64,000 bases of DNA from a virus (taxonomy: Duplodnaviria; Caudoviricetes), in IMG/VR virus record IMGVR_UViG_3300030333_002216, positions 4,352 to 68,351 of that record; one strand, written 5' to 3'. Under the pieces are notes generated by a model that saw nothing but the letters and a program-made list of their open reading frames with translations, had not been told where the DNA came from and searched no databases. A program made the position numbers and the translations under genes. Of this stretch, positions 57,226-64,000 are shown in pieces (positions within the stretch are counted from its first letter, which is position 1; each line of letters begins with the position of its first letter).

Positions 57226-57950
57226 TCTTCCTCCTCGTTTTTCCTCTTCTCGGCTCTAACTCTCTCGATAATATCAGGAGTGCATTCACTTCTGCTCTCA
57301 CTAATGACATCGAAGTGGCAACCAATCTCCGCATTGTCGAAAACTTCGGTTTCCCAATCATTGAGTTCCTTCAAAGCCTTCTCAACAACGTGTTGTATCT
57401 TCCCCATTATCGCTAGTGGGGCATCTACGCACTTCTGCTCAATCTTAGCCTTCCTTGCGACCTTCTCTGATTGCCATGTGATGACGAATTTGAGTTTTGT
57501 TTCATTGTAAGTGGTGTGTAGTTTGGTAACTACTTGCACATCCTCATCAACTGTCTGATTTGGATTGTAGTATTTCAGGCAGTAGTCATAATCCGTGTGG
57601 ATTAGGAATTCTCCTCTTGGCCCCATCTCTCTCTCACCACTCTTGACCTTGGATTCCTCATACATGTGAATATCCTCGTATGGGAATGCCTCCTGTAGTT
57701 GCTCCTCTGCTTTCCGAGCATCGCTCCTATACAGGAAATCCATGACACCTTCCTTACCCATCATGTCAATCATGTAGATAGTTTCCCTATCCTCGTATTC
57801 TTGCATTCCGTAGTGGTGGTCATCTATGTCACTGCTGTATTTGTTGGCAGTTCTGACACCATTGTTGAACAGTATAGTGTTCAATTGTGGCATCTTCTCA
57901 CTTGTCGTTCTGTCGTAGGTTATCTCGTATGTTCTGACGTATGTCAACAT
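57222..57950 (-). CDS. Hypothetical protein (probably leaderless, start MLTYV)
   Basis: Track start 57992 falls inside the promoter palindrome; ATG 57950 has the same spacing to the TCATAA box as 55251. Confidence 0.7.
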   Translation of the reverse strand: MLTYVRTYEITYDRTTSEKMPQLNTILFNNGVRTANKYSSDIDDHHYGMQEYEDRETIYMIDMMGKEGVMDFLYRSDARKAEEQLQEAFPYEDIHMYEESKVKSGEREMGPRGEFLIHTDYDYCLKYYNPNQTVDEDVQVVTKLHTTYNETKLKFVITWQSEKVARKAKIEQKCVDAPLAIMGKIQHVVEKALKELNDWETEVFDNAEIGCHFDVISESRSECTPDIIERVRAEKRKNEEEE

Positions 57951-58061
57951 GGTAGTAGTTACCCTTGCAGACTTATGAGGTATGCTGAGCAAAGTATCAT
58001 ACCATATGGTTCGGAACTTTGTGGGAACCTTGATGTGTCCGGAGGAGACAACATCACCGAC

Positions 58062-58526
58062 TCAGTTTCCCTCCTGTAGGAAGGACACTAGAGTGTCCGG
58101 TGAACCATCCCAGCCAGCCTTGCTTGCTGAGATAGCGTTTCGGCGCATCTGTGCGACTATGAAAGCCACCCATGCGTTACCGTCATCGAAGACGGCTTCC
58201 TTGCTCCTTCCGTGTGGAAGGATAAGTCCTCTAATCGAGGGGTGCGCATCGAAGATGTCAGCAATTGCCTCAATCTCCTTGCTTGCACCAGTGAAGGAAG
58301 TCAGCGCATCGCCAGTTAGAGCGGATGCCCTACCGACTGGTGCGCCATCGAAGTCCTCTAGCATGGTCTTGATTGCTGAGGACACCTTCGTCTGTGCCGT
58401 TACGTTGTTGTCTCCTTTTCCGAGCAGTGTCCTGCAAGTCGAGGCAGTCATCTTGTCGACTGACCCGGCATCCAAGAAACTGTTCACGGTTGTGCTGAAC
58501 TCATTCCAATTCTTCATTTCTGCCAT
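58062..58526 (-). CDS. Hypothetical protein, paralogue of 55512-56036
   Basis: 154 aa; AGGAG RBS. Confidence 0.8.
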   Translation of the reverse strand: MAEMKNWNEFSTTVNSFLDAGSVDKMTASTCRTLLGKGDNNVTAQTKVSSAIKTMLEDFDGAPVGRASALTGDALTSFTGASKEIEAIADIFDAHPSIRGLILPHGRSKEAVFDDGNAWVAFIVAQMRRNAISASKAGWDGSPDTLVSFLQEGN

Positions 58527-58639
58527 ATTATTTCTCTCCTGTGTGGTTGTGTCTCCTCCGAGACAGTAGTATGGGGGTTGCGAGTCTTATGAGGTGTGTC
58601 CTCAAAGTGTCCCTTACCATATGGTAGCATTCTTCGCAT

Positions 58640-59180
<541 letters not shown>

Positions 59181-59630
59181 GTGAGAAACATGGCATGGAA
59201 GAAAGTAGAAAAAGATGTGAAAAAGACAATTGACGAATATCATGAGATGGCGAAGGACAACCATCTTGAGCCGTATGTCCCTAACACTCTAGGGAACAAG
59301 GCTCATGTGGGTGACAACCCATTTGAGGGATTGGCAAAGAGCAGTAGGAAGTGGAAGAAAATGGCAAATAGTCAGGAAGAAATAGAAGCAGTATTAGAGG
59401 AAGTCAAGAAGTTGCTATTGGCGAAGAATGAGCAGTATGGAGACTCGGCTTTGAGTCCCAATCGTATCTTCTCCAAGGCATCTACGAATGAGCAAATCAA
59501 GGTCAGGATTGACGACAAGTTGAATCGCCTAATGTTGGGTAATGATTCAATGGAAAGTGACGATGATATCATCAAGGATTTGATTGGATATCTCGTATTA
59601 CTCCTAGTCTCCCAAGGGAGGCAGGACTAG
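59181..59630 (+). CDS. DUF1599-like (nucleotide-modification-associated) protein
   Basis: LLAKNEQYGDSAL...IKVRIDDKLNRL...DIIKDLIGYLVLL; start probably ATG 59190. Confidence 0.75.
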   Translation: MRNMAWKKVEKDVKKTIDEYHEMAKDNHLEPYVPNTLGNKAHVGDNPFEGLAKSSRKWKKMANSQEEIEAVLEEVKKLLLAKNEQYGDSALSPNRIFSKASTNEQIKVRIDDKLNRLMLGNDSMESDDDIIKDLIGYLVLLLVSQGRQD

Positions 59631-59970
59631 CACTTCGGTGCGACTCAGGCGAAAACGTGTTGACTAGAAGTGGCGATAAACCTTAGCGGGGGAAGTCATT
59701 TCTACACAAGTAGTCTGTTAAAACAGAGTTTGGTAAGATAAAAAACAAGAAGGGATAGAGTTCAACCCAACGCGCTAATGAATCGGAGGTAATCCGATAA
59801 CAAGTAGCGGTTGCGAACACATCTAACGGTTAGGTAAGCCGTTGGGCATTGCGCTATAAACCCCGAAAGGGAATGCAGGTTATGTGCGGTTGGTAAAAAT
59901 TATTTGTGAATCAGAAGGGGTAGTCATTCCCTTTCGCACCGAGTCATAGGGATTCGTTCCCCTCGCTACG
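59630..59970 (+). ncRNA. Candidate structured non-coding RNA / cis-element
   Basis: cUUCGg and GAAA tetraloop hairpins, nested stems and GACTC/GAGTC closing helix in an ORF-free gap. Confidence 0.5.
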
Positions 59971-60010
59971 CATCGGCATAGAACGATTGTTTCTCTGTAA
60001 AATAAAATAA

Positions 60011-60367
60011 GTGATTAAAATGAGAATGTGGATGATAGACCCAAAGATGATGTGTAACCAACATTTGTTAGGAGAGCATGGAGAACTGCATAAGTTCATT
60101 CCTAGTTTCCATAAGAAGTATAGCGTTACCAATAGAATAGAACCTGTGGTTCAGATAGAACTTTCCTCGTATCAGGAGAGGCATGATGAACTAGCAGAAG
60201 AGATGTTGCGTAGAGGCATGAACCATAAGTCACCTTTACCAACACTACCAGATTTCTCGTATTTGCCTGATGAGCATTTCAATGCCAAGGTGGATGTCGG
60301 GAACAGTATTAACGATTTGATAAATAGATGTCCTCAGTGTAAGTTTAGAATGGAGGCAGTAGTATGA
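60011..60367 (+). CDS. denV: Pyrimidine-dimer DNA glycosylase (T4 endonuclease V family)
   Basis: MRMW..DP..MCNQHLLGEHGELH and RHDELAEEMLRRGMNH signatures; start probably ATG 60020. Confidence 0.8.
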   Translation: MIKMRMWMIDPKMMCNQHLLGEHGELHKFIPSFHKKYSVTNRIEPVVQIELSSYQERHDELAEEMLRRGMNHKSPLPTLPDFSYLPDEHFNAKVDVGNSINDLINRCPQCKFRMEAVV

Positions 60368-60585
60368 CAGGAATAGCCGTAAGAAATGAAGGGGTCTTTG
60401 ACGAATATGATGAGGATGAAATGCTCATGGTTATGTCATTGGCTGAGTATTGGAAGATTATCAACCGACTCAAGGGGTTGGATGATAGGATGGAGACTAT
60501 GAGGAAAGTAATGGGGAACCTTGTGAATCAGGGATTCTTCATGGAAGCGAATGATGTAATGGAAGCAATAGAGGAGGAAGAGTAA
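60364..60585 (+). CDS. Small hypothetical protein
   Basis: 73 aa; ATGA coupling. Confidence 0.65.
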   Translation: MTGIAVRNEGVFDEYDEDEMLMVMSLAEYWKIINRLKGLDDRMETMRKVMGNLVNQGFFMEANDVMEAIEEEE

Positions 60586-61100
60586 TGGATTTAGAAGATG
60601 ATTTATTTTTAGAAAGCGATGCTATTGAGTTCATCAATAGTTTCAGGGGCCAGTATATACTAGGCCAAGCACTTAGATGTGCTATCGATGCGATGGAGAA
60701 GGTGCAACCTGTATGGAACAGGGAACCTAGTAACATCGCAGACATGAAGTGGATGCTTGAGAATGGCACAGTCGCAATGGGACTTGGTGGAGTAATGAAG
60801 AAGCATCCGCTCTACGACTCACACTTCTCTGTCAGAGTAGACGGAGAGGAAGTCGCGTCATTTGAGGACGAGAAGGATAACGGGAATATCGCTATTGAAC
60901 TTGCTAAGTTCTTAGACGATAAGGCGAATGGGTTCAATACCCAACCGAAGCAGATAACCTTTAGGAAGATTGACCCAAAGTCCATAGGCCATAAGGTTGA
61001 GGTTGTGTATGAGATGTGTCCAACAGAGAGACTTTCAGACACACCCAACGATGACGCACATTACCACTCACGAACTATTTACCCAATGGATGATAGTTAG
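60585..61100 (+). CDS. Hypothetical protein
   Basis: 171 aa; GAGGAG RBS, TAATG coupling. Confidence 0.7.
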   Translation: MDLEDDLFLESDAIEFINSFRGQYILGQALRCAIDAMEKVQPVWNREPSNIADMKWMLENGTVAMGLGGVMKKHPLYDSHFSVRVDGEEVASFEDEKDNGNIAIELAKFLDDKANGFNTQPKQITFRKIDPKSIGHKVEVVYEMCPTERLSDTPNDDAHYHSRTIYPMDDS

Positions 61101-61407
61101 TGATACTACGGGGTTTGCCAAATAATATCAGGAAAAGGTTATTGAATTTCTGTCGCCATCACGACAAATGGACTAGTGCCGTTCTTTCTCTTCTGTCAGC
61201 ATGAACCTGATTCCCCAACAAATAGCGATTTTTTTCTAGATTGTTTTCCTCGCGGAATGCAGTCTGGATTAGAAATAAATAACCTAGAATAGAAGATGAG
61301 GAAGCGCGAGGCGTTTCACCTGTGAAATTTCACAAGGGTCACGGGTGACCCCAAAATGAGGTCACAAGGGACGTATCGTTTTCCCCACAAAGAAGAGAAT
61401 AAAATGA

Positions 61408-61725
61408 ATGTATAATGAAGAGATGATTAAAATGAATAATATGATAATTAAATTAGTAGCGAGTGGATTAACTTCCACTCTATTGACTTCAATGGTTGCA
61501 ACGTGGTATGTGATTCAAGAATTCCTTGGAGAACAGATGGCAATGCAACTATTGATTCCGGCATATTGCTGGTCGTTGCTCACATTGTGGGGTGACGAAA
61601 TAAAGGACGCACTTCGTAGTGAGACAATCGATGAAGTGAAGGAAAGACTTGAGGAGTTCAATGAGAATCCGGTGGAGACATCGATTGAGTTCGCAAGCAG
61701 ACAACTACCAAAATATAACAAGTGA
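61408..61725 (+). CDS. Small two-TM membrane protein
   Basis: Two hydrophobic segments; exact start uncertain. Confidence 0.6.
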   Translation: MYNEEMIKMNNMIIKLVASGLTSTLLTSMVATWYVIQEFLGEQMAMQLLIPAYCWSLLTLWGDEIKDALRSETIDEVKERLEEFNENPVETSIEFASRQLPKYNK

Positions 61726-62087
61726 GAAAGATGTTAGCAGAAGAGAAACTATGGAAAGAAGAGGGAATAATATTGATGCGAGGAAGGAACTTCGCACCGA
61801 TATTCGTGAAGAAGACTAAACTATACACGTTTAGTAATAATGATTTGAAGTCATTGCTTCTGATAGCGTTAGATGAACTGGCTATCCTGAGATACAGGAG
61901 AGGAGTCAGTTGGCTACAGGATGATGACCTGTGTTGTTCACCATTCGTGGATGAGGACAACTACGATGAACTGATGAAGGAGACTTGGGACTACGAGGAT
62001 AAACCTCCCAAGAATATCACCTACACAGTTGACCAAGTTAAGCAAGATAGAACACCGAGAGGTGATGAGAGGATGGTGGGACAGTAA
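61722..62087 (+). CDS. Hypothetical protein
   Basis: 121 aa, coupled. Confidence 0.6.
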   Translation: MRKMLAEEKLWKEEGIILMRGRNFAPIFVKKTKLYTFSNNDLKSLLLIALDELAILRYRRGVSWLQDDDLCCSPFVDEDNYDELMKETWDYEDKPPKNITYTVDQVKQDRTPRGDERMVGQ

Positions 62088-62180
62088 ATAGCAAGAGAAA
62101 ATTACACTTTTGGCATCGAATGGAAGGAAGACCCTTGGAATCAGGTTAAGGATTGTGAGGCTTGTTTTGGCCCCATATTA

Positions 62181-63857
62181 TTGTCTGATTGGCTGAAGAC
62201 AGGGCCGAGGTCTGCTCGTTATTCTAAAATGTGGGACGCGAAAAGGGTCTGTCCTGAGTGTTTCAGAACTAATGCCTTGAGGTATCTTAAGGAGGAAGAA
62301 AAGAGAGAACGATTAGACATCAAACACATGAAGCGTCTACTCAGTAATGTTCGTGAGGCTCTAGGGTTTCAAAAGGCAGATACCGAGTCCACCTTTGATG
62401 GGTGGGAAGTATGTGCGGCTATTTCCGCAAACCAATCGAGCGGTCAAACTTATAATAGATTCAGATGTGATGAACTAACTGAGTTGTATGAGTATTGTCT
62501 TTCTCTAAAGAGAGATGAGGGTTTCTACGACACTAAATTAACTCAAAATAATAGGATGGGCATTGCTATGCTTATCATCATAATCAACAAGGTGTTCTCC
62601 CGCGAGATAATTGAAGAATGGCCCTTGTGGTGCTTACCACAACAAACGAAGTTAGCGTTAGAAAACGCAGGTCTGATGAGGGTTAATGAGATAAAACCCT
62701 CATTGCTATTCGATAGGATGGCGGAAGAGATTTACAATGGTAATCCTACATTTGACGACATGGTGAATCTCTGTAGGGTGCATTATTACAAATACACACT
62801 GAAACCCAAATACGCTTGGATGCCTTCATCTCATACTCTGATATATGGCGAGGGACACCAACTACCTGAGAGTCTATCTCTAAATTCTTTATGGGAACTT
62901 GCTGAAGCCTTTCAAAGGTATTTTTACGAGGGCGAACTTATCTTCACATATACAGACTACAAGTTGCAAGTAACCGACAACAAAGGGGTAAGAGGACTGA
63001 CTCTTGATGATTGTAGATGGTGGTTCTTCAACTATCTCTGCAAGGATTACAGTATCCAGTTGAATCAAGATACTTTTCCCTATGGGGCTACGAATGATGA
63101 ACTTCAACAAGTAATCAATCTCAGTATGCAAGACATATCGGCAGTAACAGGACATACCAAGGTTCAGGAGAAACTACACGGTAATATCAGGAAAAGGAGA
63201 GGAATCAGACGTATGGTTCAGGAATTGTGGCCTGATTATGAAATGGACAACAACCTTTGGAACAGAATGCTAGTTAGTGAAAAGAGAATGAGTGACCTGC
63301 TTGAAAAGGTGTTTTCCCATTTTGGGGTGGACTATCAATACAATGAGGCAGTCTACATACCGACAAGAACTGGAAGGGTAGCGAGATATGCACACTCAAA
63401 GAAGATGATGAGGGTAGATGGTATCTCTCACCAACTCAATTTAATTGTAGAAGGTCAGGGAGATTATCACTATATCGATAAGACTAATGTTAGGTCTGAA
63501 TGGTTCGATGGACGCACTTGGGGACACTACATACCCGATTCTTATACTGGTAAGGCTACCACTTGGTTAGAATATAGACAGGAACAGGATGCTAAGTGTA
63601 GAAGAGCAATAAAGAGGCATGGGTTCTCTCCTGTGTATGTTGTTCTCAGTAGGTTTGGTAGACCCGTAGAGCGAGTGCATGGTGATATACCTACATGGAA
63701 TAGAAAGTATGTAACTGGTATTAGAGATACTAAGTCGATAGGACTCGCAGAGACATTCGACATGCAAGGACGTAAAGACATTGGAGATATGATTAGAGAC
63801 TACTACTATAATGTTGTAAAGATGACTAAAGAAATGAAAAGGAAATTAGAGGAATGA
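62181..63857 (+). CDS. Protein with C-terminal Vsr/DUF559-like PD-(D/E)xK endonuclease domain
   Basis: SEKRMSDLL...MRVDG..HQLNLIVEGQGDYHY...QEQDAKCRRAIKRHGFSPVYV. Confidence 0.7.
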   Translation: MSDWLKTGPRSARYSKMWDAKRVCPECFRTNALRYLKEEEKRERLDIKHMKRLLSNVREALGFQKADTESTFDGWEVCAAISANQSSGQTYNRFRCDELTELYEYCLSLKRDEGFYDTKLTQNNRMGIAMLIIIINKVFSREIIEEWPLWCLPQQTKLALENAGLMRVNEIKPSLLFDRMAEEIYNGNPTFDDMVNLCRVHYYKYTLKPKYAWMPSSHTLIYGEGHQLPESLSLNSLWELAEAFQRYFYEGELIFTYTDYKLQVTDNKGVRGLTLDDCRWWFFNYLCKDYSIQLNQDTFPYGATNDELQQVINLSMQDISAVTGHTKVQEKLHGNIRKRRGIRRMVQELWPDYEMDNNLWNRMLVSEKRMSDLLEKVFSHFGVDYQYNEAVYIPTRTGRVARYAHSKKMMRVDGISHQLNLIVEGQGDYHYIDKTNVRSEWFDGRTWGHYIPDSYTGKATTWLEYRQEQDAKCRRAIKRHGFSPVYVVLSRFGRPVERVHGDIPTWNRKYVTGIRDTKSIGLAETFDMQGRKDIGDMIRDYYYNVVKMTKEMKRKLEE

Positions 63858-64000
63858 AAATGAAGAAAGAAATAAATGTAGAATTTAGGTTGGTTAACGA
63901 TGAGGAAATGCCACCTATTGTAATAACGATGAACGACAGAGATGAACCAAAGGTAGTTCTGAATTCGGAACACAAGATTTGGCTCTCGCTATATCGCAAG
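63854..64000 (+). CDS. Hypothetical protein, partial
   Basis: ATGA overlap with the previous stop; MKMKKEINVEFRLVNDEEMPP... open to the window end. Confidence 0.65.
   Translation, partial: MKMKKEINVEFRLVNDEEMPPIVITMNDRDEPKVVLNSEHKIWLSLYRK

Larger units (their letters stand above)
54822..58625. repeat. Six dispersed palindromic elements CAAAGT-N4-7-ACCATATGGT-N4-7-ACTTTG
   Basis: Copies at 54822-54846, 55291-55321, 56111-56144, 56613-56644, 57990-58021 and 58603-58625, all intergenic; the first and last are degenerate; most are flanked by CCTCATAAG-like boxes. Confidence 0.9.

Noticed and set aside
7-58569. Numerous plus-strand ORFs in the track (e.g. 2296-2820, 3298-3918, 47711-48358, 57982-58569)
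   Set aside because: They are antisense shadows of the coupled minus-strand genes, S/F/L-rich and without RBS or motifs
54822-58625. ACCATATGG repeats as a CRISPR array
   Set aside because: Spacing is about 470-1400 nt with genes in between, copies are degenerate, and no cas genes are present

Overview
The window is a 64-kb segment of a large tailed archaeal virus genome (Caudoviricetes, HK97-fold capsid). GGTGA Shine-Dalgarno sites, TATA-like promoters and the gene order best fit a magrovirus-like virus of Marine Group II archaea (Poseidoniales); this assignment is an inference, not a database result. Bases 1-54.5 kb form one tightly coupled minus-strand late operon. It holds tail fibre/tail genes, a short tape measure, a tail chaperone with a -1 frameshift, a tail tube and a connector. 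These are followed by an Arf-like GTPase plus membrane-protein module, a SAP-domain protein, the major capsid protein, prohead protease/scaffold, an ATP-dependent DNA ligase, portal, a LAGLIDADG-domain protein and the large terminase. The strongest unexplained signal is that about 17 otherwise unrelated ORFs around the head genes begin with the same peptide tag, M-x-W-x-x-[ILV]-[LIV]-K. A similar sequence ends the scaffold, and ILK-like sites flank the protease domain. This suggests a capsid-targeting/cleavage signal for a large, exchangeable set of injected proteins. Bases 54.8-58.6 kb are small minus-strand genes behind six copies of a palindromic CAAAGT..ACCATATGGT..ACTTTG element. They include two paralogues whose UTRs can pair end to end and a probable structured ncRNA. 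An origin-like, AT-rich strand-switch region with (CT)18 follows, then plus-strand genes (DUF1599-like, pyrimidine-dimer glycosylase, Vsr-like nuclease) and further structured intergenic segments. All domain calls were made by eye from motifs.
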